Shown here piece by piece: positions 1-9,595 of a DNA stretch of 64,000 bases (position 1 is its first letter; each line of letters begins with the position of its first letter). Made by a program: the position numbers and the translations under genes. The notes under the pieces were generated by a model. It made no database searches. It saw nothing but the letters and a program-made list of their open reading frames with translations, and was not told where the DNA came from. This DNA is from Rhodobacter sp. (GTDB taxonomy: Bacteria > Pseudomonadota > Alphaproteobacteria > Rhodobacterales > Rhodobacteraceae), in contig JAIXUH010000007.1 in NCBI GenBank assembly GCA_027484145.1, positions 291,647 to 355,646 on the forward strand. Direction: 5' to 3'.

Positions 1-2
1 GC

Positions 3-728
3 AATGACCTGAATGGCGACGGGTTTCCCGAATACTTTCTGACCAGCATGGCCGACAACAAGCTGCAGACCTTGGCAGACCCCAAACCCGGTGCCGTGCC
101 GAAATACGCGGACGTCGCCTATGCCAAAGGGGTCACGGCGCACCGGCCCTATATGGGTGATCAGACCAAGCCTTCAACCGCGTGGCACGCCCAGTTTGAT
201 GACGTGAACAACGACGGTCTGGCCGATCTGTTCGTGGCCAAGGGCAATGTTTGGGAAATGCCGGACTTTGCCGCCGAAGACCCGAATAACTTGTTGCTGC
301 AAAAAGAGGATGGCACCTTCAAGGAGGCGGGTGATACCGCCGGCGTGGCGTCCACCCTACAAGGGCGCGGTGGCGCCTTGGCCGATCTGAACGCTGACGG
401 GCTCTTGGACTTGCTGGTTGTCAACCGCAACGGCCCGGCACAGGTTTGGCGCAACACAGGCCCGGCGGGCAACTGGATTGCGGTCAACCCGCAGCAACCG
501 GGGCCGAACCGGAACGCCATCAACGGCTGGGTCGAAGTGCGGGTGGCTGACCGGGTTCAACGCCATGAAGTGACGATTGGCGGCGGTCACGCGGGTGGCG
601 TGTTTGGCCCGCAGCACTTTGGTCTGGCCGATGCCGAAAGTGCCGATGTGCGGGTGATCTGGCCCGATGGCACCGAAGGCGCGTGGCAAACCTTGCCTGC
701 CGGACAGGTTCACACCGTCGCGCGCTGA
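3..728 (+). CDS. FG-GAP/VCBS-repeat protein with ASPIC/UnbV-like C-terminal domain (5' end outside window)
   Basis: Frame is open from the window edge (NDLNGDGFPEYF precedes the first Met at 48). Repeated DxNxDGxxD-type loops are present (DDVNNDGLADLF, ADLNADGLLDLL). The C-terminal NGWVEVR...GGGHAGG...VRVIWPDG pattern is typical of ASPIC/UnbV. Stop at 726-728. Confidence 0.7.
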   Translation, partial: NDLNGDGFPEYFLTSMADNKLQTLADPKPGAVPKYADVAYAKGVTAHRPYMGDQTKPSTAWHAQFDDVNNDGLADLFVAKGNVWEMPDFAAEDPNNLLLQKEDGTFKEAGDTAGVASTLQGRGGALADLNADGLLDLLVVNRNGPAQVWRNTGPAGNWIAVNPQQPGPNRNAINGWVEVRVADRVQRHEVTIGGGHAGGVFGPQHFGLADAESADVRVIWPDGTEGAWQTLPAGQVHTVAR

Positions 729-1567
729 ACGGGCGGGCGCATTCTTTGGCCCAGTTCGGCATTGATTGCGCCGCCCAGCAGCACGGCCCAGACGGACAAA
801 TACAGCCACATCATAAGTGCGATCACCGCACCGATAGACCCGTAAATGCGGTTGTAGCTGTCAAAATTGGCCAGATAGGCAGAAAACGCCAATGACACTC
901 CAGACCATGTCAGGGTGGCCACCAACACGCCGACACTGATCCACGGCCTTGCGCCTTCATCCGGCAGGTTAGGGCCAAAGTGATACAGGATCGAGAGGCA
1001 GGTCAGCACCAAGAGGAACATCGCCCCCCACGGCAGCACGCCCAGCAACCAAGCCTCGGCCGGGCCAAGGGCAACATAGTTCAGCGCCAGCGGCACCAGC
1101 ACCACAGTAATCAACCCCACGAACAGCGCCACGATCAGCGCCCCGGTCATCAGGAAATCGACAACCCACCCCCACAGCCAGTTGCGTGGTGTGGTCCGGT
1201 GCACGACATCCAGCCCGCCGATCAGCGCCGCCACCCCGGCCCGCGCCGAATAAAGCGCAACGGCAACCGAAACAAAGGTGGCCCAGCCAAGGGTCGCGCG
1301 CGGTGTGGCCAGCAGCCCCACCACCTGATCATGCACCAGTTTGGCCGCATCAATGGGCAGGAACCGCTCTCCTACCTCCAGATAATCGCCAATCACGGCG
1401 GGGTCGGCCACAAGGCTCCAGATCGCGACGCTGGCGGCAATACCGGGAAACACGGCGAACATGGCATAAAACGCCACACCCGCGGCGATCAGGCCAAAGT
1501 GACCATCGCCTACGCGCGACCACACCGCATAGATAAAGTCCCAAATCTGTCGCAACGGTTTGCTCAT
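710..1567 (-). CDS. YihY/BrkB family inner-membrane protein
   Basis: 285 aa counted from the internal ATG at 1567 (MSKPLRQIWDF...). Multiple hydrophobic helices and the YihY-like motifs GLIAAGVAFYAMFAVFP and YGSIGAVIALMMWLY. The upstream 73 codons of the tracked ORF have no support. The 3' end overlaps the convergent gene by 19 nt. Confidence 0.75.
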   Translation of the reverse strand: MSKPLRQIWDFIYAVWSRVGDGHFGLIAAGVAFYAMFAVFPGIAASVAIWSLVADPAVIGDYLEVGERFLPIDAAKLVHDQVVGLLATPRATLGWATFVSVAVALYSARAGVAALIGGLDVVHRTTPRNWLWGWVVDFLMTGALIVALFVGLITVVLVPLALNYVALGPAEAWLLGVLPWGAMFLLVLTCLSILYHFGPNLPDEGARPWISVGVLVATLTWSGVSLAFSAYLANFDSYNRIYGSIGAVIALMMWLYLSVWAVLLGGAINAELGQRMRPPVQRATV

Positions 1568-1650
1568 GAACCCGACTTTGCCCTGCCGCCGCGGCTTGCG
1601 CAACTTGCAGAGGTAAGTGCCGCGTGAAATGCTGGCAGCAACAGGAGGAA

Positions 1651-2682
1651 ATGATGACCTATACCCCGCATCCCGACCGCTATGCCCGCATGACCTATCG
1701 CCGTTGTGGCGCGACCGGGCTGAAATTGCCCGCCATCTCGCTGGGGCTGTGGCACAATTTCGGCTTTGACACGCCGCACCAGACAAAGCGCGCCATTTGT
1801 CAGACGGCCTTTGATCACGGCATCACCCATTTCGATCTTGCCAACAACTATGGCCCGCCCCCCGGCAGTGCCGAAACGGCGTTTGGTGACATCCTCAAGA
1901 CCGATTTCGCCGGGATGCGCGACGAACTCATCATCTCGTCCAAGGCGGGCTATCACATGTGGAATGGCCCCTATGGCGAATGGGGCAGCCGCAAATACCT
2001 GATTGCTTCCTGCGACCAAAGCCTGAAGCGGATGGGGTTGGATTACGTCGATATCTTTTATTCCCACCGGTTCGACCCCGACACGCCGCTGGAAGAAACG
2101 ATGATGGCGCTGGATCACATCGTGCGGTCAGGCCGGGCGCTTTATGTCGGCATTTCAAGCTATTCGACCCAACGCACGCGAGAGGCGCATGCCATTCTGA
2201 AAAGCCTTGGCACGCCCTGCATCATTCACCAACCCAGCTATAACATTCTGAACCGCTGGGTCGAGGCGGATGGCCTGAAAGACGCGCTCAAGGAACTGGG
2301 CATGGGTTCCATCGCCTTCGTGCCTTTGGCACAGGGGCTTTTGACCAACAAGTATCTCAAGGGCATCCCGGCCGGCAGCCGCGCAACCCAAGGCAAGTCA
2401 CTGTCGCCCGACATCATCACCGATGAGGCGATTGCCTCGCTGAATGCGCTGAATGATCTGGCCACCAAACGTGGGCAGACCTTGGCGCAGATGGCCATTG
2501 CATGGGTCTTGCGCAACGGCGGCATCACCAGCGCCCTGATCGGCGCATCACGCCCCGAACAGGTGGTCGATTGCCTGGGTGCCATCGCCAACCTTGACTT
2601 CACGCCTGAAGAACTGGCCGCGATCGACAAGATTTCGCTGGAGCGCGACATCAATCTTTGGGCAAAGTCATCCTCTGACTAA
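1651..2682 (+). CDS. aldo/keto reductase (YghZ/Gpr-like)
   Basis: MTYTPHPDRYARMTYRRCGATGLKLPAISLGLWHNFG, plus DLANNYGPPPGSAE and the ISSKAG and YVDIFYSHRFD motifs of the AKR superfamily. The start was chosen at the MMTY Met pair. Confidence 0.85.
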   Translation: MMTYTPHPDRYARMTYRRCGATGLKLPAISLGLWHNFGFDTPHQTKRAICQTAFDHGITHFDLANNYGPPPGSAETAFGDILKTDFAGMRDELIISSKAGYHMWNGPYGEWGSRKYLIASCDQSLKRMGLDYVDIFYSHRFDPDTPLEETMMALDHIVRSGRALYVGISSYSTQRTREAHAILKSLGTPCIIHQPSYNILNRWVEADGLKDALKELGMGSIAFVPLAQGLLTNKYLKGIPAGSRATQGKSLSPDIITDEAIASLNALNDLATKRGQTLAQMAIAWVLRNGGITSALIGASRPEQVVDCLGAIANLDFTPEELAAIDKISLERDINLWAKSSSD

Positions 2683-2773
2683 GGACAACAAGGGTCGAGG
2701 CGAATTGCCTAAAACCCCGCCCTTTAAGCGCCCGTTCACCCCGATGGCCTAGAACGGTCATCGGGTGTGAAAC

Positions 2774-3625
2774 ATGGGTGTGTGGATGGCCGGGCAATCA
2801 AATGCCGCGCCAGTCATCATCAAGCGCAAGAAAAACGTCATCGGCGGTGGCCACCACGGGGGGGCGTGGAAGGTTGCCTATGCCGATTTCGTAACGGCCA
2901 TGATGGCCTTCTTCATGCTGATGTGGCTGTTGAACGCGACAACGGAAAAGCAACGCAAGGGGATTGCGGATTACTTCAATCCGACCATCCCGATCAACCG
3001 CGTCTCGGGCGGGGGCGATGGGGCCTTTGGCGGCGACTCGGTCATGGCCGACAACTCGCTTGCCCAGAACGGCACCGGGGCTGCGCAGGAAAAGCCAACC
3101 GCCAATCATCAGTCACAAGGCGAAACCGGTGGCGAATCTGCCGACGCCAAGGCCGAGGCCGAACGTCTGGCCATGGTGGAAAAGGCGCTGTTGGCCCGCA
3201 GCGGCGAAAGCATGACGATGGAGCGTTTGCTGCGCCATGTCGTCACCCGCGTGACCGACGAGGGGCTGATCATCGAATTGTTCGACCTGCCCGAAGCCCC
3301 CTTGTTCAACAGCGAGTCGACCACCCCCACACAGGCCTTGGCGGACCTGTCGGTGATCGTGGCCGAGGTTCTGGCCGCCACCCGCAACGCCATTGCGGTG
3401 AACGGCTACGTGCGGACCTATCCCATGGTTCTAAAGGATAATCCGGTCTGGGACCTGTCTGCTGACCGCGCCCATGCGATGCGCGATCTTTTGGTGGCCA
3501 AGGGCCTGCCGGACACAAGGTTTCAGCGGGTTTCGGGCTTCGCCGACCGCAAGCCACTGACGCCTGACCCAAGCGTCAACCGCAACAACCGGCTGGAGGT
3601 GATCTTGCTGCGCCGCGACCGCTAG
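2774..3625 (+). CDS. motB: flagellar stator protein MotB (alpha-proteobacterial type)
   Basis: HHGGAWKVAYADFVTAMMAFFMLMWLLNATTEKQRKGIADYFNP plug/TM region. OmpA-like C terminus (NRNNRLEVILLRR). An alternative start lies at 2786. Confidence 0.9.
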   Translation: MGVWMAGQSNAAPVIIKRKKNVIGGGHHGGAWKVAYADFVTAMMAFFMLMWLLNATTEKQRKGIADYFNPTIPINRVSGGGDGAFGGDSVMADNSLAQNGTGAAQEKPTANHQSQGETGGESADAKAEAERLAMVEKALLARSGESMTMERLLRHVVTRVTDEGLIIELFDLPEAPLFNSESTTPTQALADLSVIVAEVLAATRNAIAVNGYVRTYPMVLKDNPVWDLSADRAHAMRDLLVAKGLPDTRFQRVSGFADRKPLTPDPSVNRNNRLEVILLRRDR

Positions 3626-3648
3626 GGAAATCTGTCGAATTGACAGCA

Positions 3649-3663
3649 TTAGGGGCGCATTAA
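3649..3663 (+). promoter_or_regulatory. possible CtrA-type box (TTAG-N7-TTAA) upstream of flgE
   Basis: Sequence ttaggggcgcattaa lies about 60 nt upstream of the flgE ATG. One mismatch to TTAA-N7-TTAA. Alpha-type flagellar genes are CtrA-controlled in Rhodobacterales (established knowledge). A single degenerate site only. Confidence 0.2.
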
Positions 3664-3721
3664 GCCGCTTCCTTCAGAGTGAGATGCACAAACGGCATCG
3701 AACTCTAGAAAGGCGGTATTG

Positions 3722-5029
3722 ATGACGATTTCCTCCTCGCTCAACGCGGGGGTGGCGGGCCTGAACGCAAATGCAACGCGTCTGGCCACCATTTCCGACA
3801 ACATCGCAAACTCCAGCACCTATGGCTACAAGCGCGCCTCGGCCGAGTTTGAAAGCATGGTCATCACCAGTTCGCGCGGGTCCGGCATCTATTCGGCAGG
3901 GGGCGTGCGGGCCGGCAGCAACCGCCTGATCGAAGAGCGCGGCGCCATCGTCGGAACGGCAAATGCGCTGGATCTGGCCGTCACCGGGCGCGGCATGCTG
4001 CCCGTGGTGCCAGAGGTGTTTCTGGGCGGCGACATGGGCGATATGCCCATGATGATGACCACAACCGGCGCCTTCCGCACCGATGCCGATGGCGTGCTGC
4101 GCACCGAATCCGGCCTTGTGCTGCTTGGCTGGCCTGCCAATGCCGATGGCATCATTCCGACCTATCCGCGCGACACGATTTCGGGGCTGGAACCCGTTGT
4201 CATCAACGCAAACCAGACGGCGGGCGATCCGACAACCCTGATGTCGCTTGGCGTGAACCTGCCCGCCACCGAAACCGCATCCACCGCATCAGGCGATGCG
4301 CTGCCCCTGTCGGTGGAATACTTTGGCAACCTCGGCACCTCGGAAACCCTGAACATCACCTTTACACCGGTCATTCCGGCGACGGGTTCCTCCAACAGCT
4401 GGACGATGGTGATCCGCGACAGCGCGCAGGCGAATGCCATCATCGGGCAATACACCCTGACGTTTGACGATTCCCGCGGATCGGGCGGCACGCTTGCCTC
4501 GGTCACAACCGTGGCGGGCGGGGCTTACAACACCACCGACGGCACGCTGGCCCTGACTGTGGACGGCGGCCCCCTGACAATGACCATCGGCCGCGTCGGC
4601 GATCCGAACGGTCTGACGCAACTGTCAGACAACTTTGCCCCGGTGGCCATCACCAAGGATGGCTCGCCTGTCGGCAACCTGACTGGGGTCGAGGTGGATG
4701 AGAACGGCTATATCCTTGCCAGCTATGACACCGGCTTTATCCGCCGCATCTATCAGATTCCGCTGGTTGATGTGCCCAATGTCAACGGGCTGACCGCCAT
4801 GAACAACCAGACCTACAAGGTCTCGCCCGAATCCGGGTCGTTCTTTCTGTGGGATGCGGGTCAGGGCCCCACGGGCGCAGTGGTGGGCTTCGCCCGCGAA
4901 GGGTCCACCACCGATGTGGCGGCCGAGTTGACGGCGCTGATCCAGACGCAGCGCGCCTATTCCTCCAACGCCAAGGTCATTCAGACGGTGGATGAAATGC
5001 TGCAAGAAACCACCAACATCAAACGCTGA
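3722..5029 (+). CDS. flgE: flagellar hook protein FlgE (alpha type)
   Basis: N terminus MTISSSLNAGVAGLNANATRLATISDNIANSSTYGYKR. C terminus TDVAAELTALIQTQRAYSSNAKVIQTVDEMLQETTNIKR. The ATG at 3722 follows a TTG at 3719. Confidence 0.95.
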   Translation: MTISSSLNAGVAGLNANATRLATISDNIANSSTYGYKRASAEFESMVITSSRGSGIYSAGGVRAGSNRLIEERGAIVGTANALDLAVTGRGMLPVVPEVFLGGDMGDMPMMMTTTGAFRTDADGVLRTESGLVLLGWPANADGIIPTYPRDTISGLEPVVINANQTAGDPTTLMSLGVNLPATETASTASGDALPLSVEYFGNLGTSETLNITFTPVIPATGSSNSWTMVIRDSAQANAIIGQYTLTFDDSRGSGGTLASVTTVAGGAYNTTDGTLALTVDGGPLTMTIGRVGDPNGLTQLSDNFAPVAITKDGSPVGNLTGVEVDENGYILASYDTGFIRRIYQIPLVDVPNVNGLTAMNNQTYKVSPESGSFFLWDAGQGPTGAVVGFAREGSTTDVAAELTALIQTQRAYSSNAKVIQTVDEMLQETTNIKR

Positions 5030-5041
5030 AAGGGCTAGGCC

Positions 5042-6496
5042 ATGAGCATCACCTCTGCGCTGTCGTCGGCCCTGTCAGGGCTGACCGCCTCGTCCCGCAT
5101 GGCCGAGGTCACGTCCTCCAACGTGGCAAACGCCCTGACCGAAGGCTATGGTCGGCGCGAGGTGTTGCAGTCCTCGCGCCAGATCGGCGGCACCGGGGTT
5201 GGCGTTCTGGTCAACGGTGTGGTCCGGCAGGTGGATGCGGGCCTCTTGCGCGACCTGCGGCTTTCCGTGGCCAGCCAGAACTACCGCGAACCGGCCTCGG
5301 CTTTCTACACATCCGTCGAAGCCACACTTGGCACGCCAGAGGACACAAGCTCATTGTCCGGACGCATCGCGGCCCTTGAAAGCGCCCTTGTGGCCGCTCA
5401 GTCGCGCCCGGAATCAGACGCGCGCCTTGCCGTCACCGCCGATGCCGCGCGCAGTCTGACAAGAGCCCTGAACCGTGCCGCGGCAGACGTGCAGGCCACG
5501 CGACAGGAGGCCGACAGCACGATTGCGCGCGAGGTGGCGCGCATCAATGACGCCGTCAGCAGCATCGCCGATCTGAACATCCGGATCAGGGAGTTTCACA
5601 GCGCCGGGCGCGAAACGACCGCGCTGATGGATCATCGCCAGAAGCTGATCGATCAGGTTTCCCGCGCCATTCCGGTGCGCGAGGTGACGCGGGATCATGG
5701 CCAGATCGCCCTGATCACTACGGGCGGGACCGTTTTGCTTGATGGCCGCGCGGCCGAATTGTCGTTTATTCGCACCCCCACAATCACACCCGACATGACG
5801 CTTGCCTCCGGTGCCTTGTCAGGGCTGACCATCAACGGGCAGGCGGTCTCGGTCCACCCCGAGGGCGGTCGTCTGGGCGAAGGGGGGCTGACGGCACAAT
5901 TTGTGATCCGTGATCAGCTGACCACCGGCGCGCAAGCCAAACTGGATGCTGTGGCCCGCGATCTGATCGAGCGGTTTTCGGCAACCGGAGTCGACCCCAG
6001 TGCTGCGCCGGGCGCTGCGGGCCTGCTGACCGATGGCGGTTCAGCCTTTGTTGCCGCGAATGAACCCGGCGTGGCAGGCCGGATCGCCCTGAACACGCTG
6101 GTCGATCCACAGGCAGGTGGCGCGCTCTGGCGACTGCGAGAAGGCCTTGGGGCCGCCTCGGCACAACGGCCCGGCTATACGGGGCAATTGTCCAACTGGG
6201 CCGAGGCCTTATCGGCCCGCCGGACGCCGGTCTCGGGCTTTGCGTCTGGTCCACGCACATCGGCCGAACTGGTGGCAGATCTGTTGTCCGACACATCGAC
6301 AAAACGGCTTGAGGCCGAGGCTAATACCAGCTTTGCCAGTGCCCGGGCCGATGCGCTGCGCACTGAACTGTTGCGTGACGGGGTCGATACCGATCAGGAG
6401 CTGCAGAACCTTCTGCTGATCGAACAGGCCTATGCCGCCAATGCAAAAGTCATCTCGACCGTGGATGACATGATCAAGCTGCTGTTGGGGATATAG
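5042..6496 (+). CDS. flgK: hook-associated protein 1 FlgK
   Basis: MSITSALSSALSGLTASSRMAEVTSSNVANALTEGYGRR N-terminal rod/hook domain. C-terminal ELQNLLLIEQAYAANAKVISTVDDMIKLLL. Confidence 0.9.
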   Translation: MSITSALSSALSGLTASSRMAEVTSSNVANALTEGYGRREVLQSSRQIGGTGVGVLVNGVVRQVDAGLLRDLRLSVASQNYREPASAFYTSVEATLGTPEDTSSLSGRIAALESALVAAQSRPESDARLAVTADAARSLTRALNRAAADVQATRQEADSTIAREVARINDAVSSIADLNIRIREFHSAGRETTALMDHRQKLIDQVSRAIPVREVTRDHGQIALITTGGTVLLDGRAAELSFIRTPTITPDMTLASGALSGLTINGQAVSVHPEGGRLGEGGLTAQFVIRDQLTTGAQAKLDAVARDLIERFSATGVDPSAAPGAAGLLTDGGSAFVAANEPGVAGRIALNTLVDPQAGGALWRLREGLGAASAQRPGYTGQLSNWAEALSARRTPVSGFASGPRTSAELVADLLSDTSTKRLEAEANTSFASARADALRTELLRDGVDTDQELQNLLLIEQAYAANAKVISTVDDMIKLLLGI

Positions 6497-6498
6497 CA

Positions 6499-7503
6499 AT
6501 GTCGATGGTTTCCTTCGGCGATCTGGCGCAGTCGCTATTGTTGAAAGCGCAGACGGCGCGCCTGAAAAGTGACTCGATGCGGATTACACAGGAACTCGCC
6601 TCTGGCCGGTTGGCCGATACCGGGCAGGCTGTGTCGGGCGATTTTTCCCGGCTGTCGGCGTTGGCACATTCCCAGACTTTACTGTCGGGCTACCAGGCCG
6701 CCGCCCGCGAGGCTGCAATGTCGGCTCAGGCGATTCAGGGGGTGTTGACCTTGCTGTCGGACAGTGCGGCCGAACTGGTTCCGGAACTGCTGATCGCGCC
6801 ACAGGATGTCGCAGGTGAGCGCCCGACTGTGTCGGCTACACAGGCGCGGGATCGTCTTGCCGCAGCTTTGGCAACGCTGAACACATCGACCGGGGGGCGC
6901 AGCCTCTTGGCCGGAGAGATGGTGAACGGCCCCGCCGTCACCGATGCCAATACCATCCTGACCGCCCTGCGCGCCACCGTCACGGGCGCCACCACTGCAG
7001 ATCAGGCGCTGGCCCGGATTGAGGCGTGGTTCAGCGCGCCGACTGGTTTTGCTGCCGTAGCCTATCAGGGTGGCGCCGCAGCGGCCGATCTTGCCATTTC
7101 CCCGCAAGACACGGCATGGCTGGGTGTTACGGCAAATGATCCAGCCATTCGGGCGGTCCTTTCGGGCCTTGCGGCTGCGGCGCTGACCGATGATGCCAGC
7201 CTTGGCCTTCCCCCGGGTGAAAGTCGCATGTTGGCCCGGCGGGCCGGCGAAAGCCTTTTGCGCGCCGATGAATCCCTGACCACCCTTGCCGCCCGCGTCG
7301 GCACCACCGAAGCGCAGGTCGATGCCGCACAGGTTCGTCTGTCGTCCGAGATGCTGACCTTGGGTCGCGCACAGGCCGCGTTGATCGAGGCAGATCCTTA
7401 CACCCTCGCGACCGAGCTTGAAGCCGTCAGCACGAACCTTGAAATGATCTATGCCATCACGGCACGCCTGACGCAGTTGAAGCTGTCGGATTACCTACGA
7501 TGA
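6499..7503 (+). CDS. flgL: hook-associated protein 3 FlgL
   Basis: Position directly after flgK. N-terminal flagellin-like heptads (FGDLAQSLLLKAQTARLKSDSMRITQELASGR). C-terminal LATELEAVSTNLEMIYAITARLTQLKLSDYL. Confidence 0.8.
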   Translation: MSMVSFGDLAQSLLLKAQTARLKSDSMRITQELASGRLADTGQAVSGDFSRLSALAHSQTLLSGYQAAAREAAMSAQAIQGVLTLLSDSAAELVPELLIAPQDVAGERPTVSATQARDRLAAALATLNTSTGGRSLLAGEMVNGPAVTDANTILTALRATVTGATTADQALARIEAWFSAPTGFAAVAYQGGAAAADLAISPQDTAWLGVTANDPAIRAVLSGLAAAALTDDASLGLPPGESRMLARRAGESLLRADESLTTLAARVGTTEAQVDAAQVRLSSEMLTLGRAQAALIEADPYTLATELEAVSTNLEMIYAITARLTQLKLSDYLR

Positions 7504-8600
7504 TCTGCAAAATTCTGATAATGCTGATGTTTTTGGCTGCCATTCCAGCCATGGCCCAAGACATCCGGCTGAAGGATCTGGTCGAGTTTGATGGCGTGCG
7601 AGGCAATGATCTGGTGGGCTATGGCCTTGTGGTCGGCCTGAACGGCACCGGCGATGGCATCCGCAATGCGCCATTTACCGAAGAAATCATGTCCAACCTG
7701 CTGGAACGGCTTGGGGTGAATGTCGCGGGCGAGGAGTATCGCCCCAAGAATGTGGCCGCAGTGTTCGTGACCGCATCGCTTCCGCCCTTTGCGCGGGCTG
7801 GCGGGCGGATCGATGTGACTGTTTCAGCCATTGGTGATGCGAAAAGCCTGTTGGGTGGAACATTGGTGATGACCCCGATGAACGGGGCCGATGGCCAGAT
7901 TTACGCGGTGGCGCAGGGCACGATCATTGCGGGCGGCATCTCGGCCGAAGGCGACGCCGCGCGCGTGGTGCAGGGCGTGCCGACCGCAGGCATCATCCCG
8001 TCAGGCGCGCGGGTGGAACGTGAGGTGGAGTTTGACTTTACGACCCTCACCTCGTTGCGGCTTGCACTGCGAAACCCCGATTTTACGACTGCGGCCATCA
8101 TCGAGTCCGCCTTGAATCAAGAGTTTGGCCGCCGCGTCGCCGAAATGCTGGATTCGGGCACGGTGGAATTCAACATTGATGCCACGAACATGCGCTCTGC
8201 GGCCCATGCGATTGGCCGGGTCGAAAACATCGCGATTTCCCCGCAAACACGTGCACGCGTGGTGGTGGACCAACGCTCGGGCACCATCGTGATCGGCGAG
8301 GATGTGCGGATCAGCCGGGTTGCCGTGGCACAGGGCAACCTGACCCTGCGGATCGAGGAATCGCCTGTTGTCATTCAACCCAACCCCTTTGCCGAAGGCG
8401 AAACGGTTGTGGTGCCCCGCACACAGGCCGCCATTGATCAGGATCGGGGCACGGGGTTGGCCGAAATCCGGGGCGGCGCGTCATTGTCGGAACTGGTGGC
8501 GGGATTGAACGCTCTTGGCGTGGCCCCGAATGACATGATCGACATCCTCAAAAGCATCAAGGCGGCGGGCGCGCTGCATGCCGAATTCATCGTGAACTGA
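7500..8600 (+). CDS. flgI: flagellar P-ring protein FlgI
   Basis: Signal peptide, then IRLKDLVEFDGVRGNDLVGYGLVVGLNGTGDG. C-terminal LNALGVAPNDMIDILKSIKAAGALHAEFIV. 4-nt overlap with flgL. Confidence 0.95.
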   Translation: MICKILIMLMFLAAIPAMAQDIRLKDLVEFDGVRGNDLVGYGLVVGLNGTGDGIRNAPFTEEIMSNLLERLGVNVAGEEYRPKNVAAVFVTASLPPFARAGGRIDVTVSAIGDAKSLLGGTLVMTPMNGADGQIYAVAQGTIIAGGISAEGDAARVVQGVPTAGIIPSGARVEREVEFDFTTLTSLRLALRNPDFTTAAIIESALNQEFGRRVAEMLDSGTVEFNIDATNMRSAAHAIGRVENIAISPQTRARVVVDQRSGTIVIGEDVRISRVAVAQGNLTLRIEESPVVIQPNPFAEGETVVVPRTQAAIDQDRGTGLAEIRGGASLSELVAGLNALGVAPNDMIDILKSIKAAGALHAEFIVN

Positions 8601-8639
8601 ACAGACGCACGCAAGTCATGCGGAAGGCGATGCAACAGG

Positions 8640-9545
8640 GCGCAACCTGCGGGCCAACCTGCATGAACAGGCAAACAGGCGGCCCCAAGGGAGAGAAACG
8701 ATGTTGGATCATCGTCTGAACTGGAAGGGTGCTCAGAGGACGGCCTTTGCACCCCTGCCATATCGTGTTGTGACCCTGCGCGAGTCCCTCAGACGCCCGA
8801 ACATGATCTCGATCCCGTAGTGGCATTGGCATCGGGGCTTGTCGTGCCTTTTGGGCTTGCCGCGCGACTTCCGGCTTGGAATGCAGGAGTTTATCCTATT
8901 GTTGTTCAACGCATCTCTGAACCAGTCGGCGTCATGGCCCCGGTCGGCCAGCAGCCACTGTGCCTTTGACAAACCGCCGAGCAGAGCCGTAGCGTCAGCA
9001 TAAAGGCGGACTTGGCCCACCGTCATGAAGAACCAGATCAACCCGCCGTCGTCATGGGTGGCGGCGTCGGGCTTCGGATTGATGCCGCCGTTGGATCGGC
9101 TGTGCGGACGGCCCCTTTGACCTCTTTGGCCGCCCTTCAACCACAGGCTGGTCTCCGTGCAGTACATCTTGAGATCCTTGCGCGGGCATCCTCGGACCAA
9201 TGGCGCATGCCCGCCCACATCGACCATGGCCGTCGCGGGAAGAGTTCCCTCTGCGGCCCGCCTATCCATCATGCGGGCAACAATGCCTTTGACGCTCCCT
9301 CGCTTCCAGCGAATACAAAAAGTCTTGGGTGGACCATACCCACAGGGTGCATCGCTCCATCGCAAGCTATTGCGATTAAACAACATTATTTCGGTCAGCA
9401 CAGACCCATTCTCACGGTCTGCCAGCAAACCGTTACCGTGCAACAGGTCAAGGACGCGTCATTTGCGGTTGCTCTTCGGAAAGAAGGCCCAAGCCGCCCC
9501 ATCTTCGCATCGGGCAGCCAGAAACGGGTGCCCTAGGGTCAATTT
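8640..9545 (-). pseudogene. decayed IS5-family (DDE) transposase remnant
   Basis: - The translation carries IS5-type motifs: FNRNSLRWSDAPCGYGPPKTFCIRWKRGSVKGIVARMM, MVDVGG, LLADRGHDADWFRDAL and IEIMFGRLRDSRRVTTRY.
- There is no ATG start; the tracked Met at 9443 is a TTG.
- An in-frame TGA at 9459-9461 separates it from an N-terminal fragment (FLAARCEDGAAWAFFPKSN).
- The expected C-terminal FLSxxxLAA..W motif appears in another frame (TSFLSLGAACLPVHAGW in ORF 8438..8761).
- Many conserved positions are substituted.
- Boundaries are approximate and no terminal inverted repeats were identified. Confidence 0.7.
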
Positions 9546-9595
9546 CGTTGCAGAGCGTGAATCACGCCGCAAGCGGGTGATCCTCGGGTCTGCCC

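Noticed and set aside
2700-2773. Possible sigma28 promoter (TTAA...CCGAT) upstream of motB
   Set aside because: The spacing between the -35-like and -10-like elements is 13 nt rather than about 16, and both elements are degenerate. That is not enough to report as a feature.
2774-3625. motB without an adjacent motA as a sign of a broken stator operon
   Set aside because: In alpha-type flagellar clusters motB is commonly separated from motA and sits next to flgE. The ORF is intact, with plug, TM and OmpA-like regions.
8733-9443. 236-aa ORF that could be read as an intact IS5 transposase
   Set aside because: - The start is a TTG assigned as Met.
- An in-frame TGA cuts off the N-terminal domain.
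- The C-terminal motif is frameshifted.
- Conserved residues are widely substituted.

It is called as a pseudogene instead.
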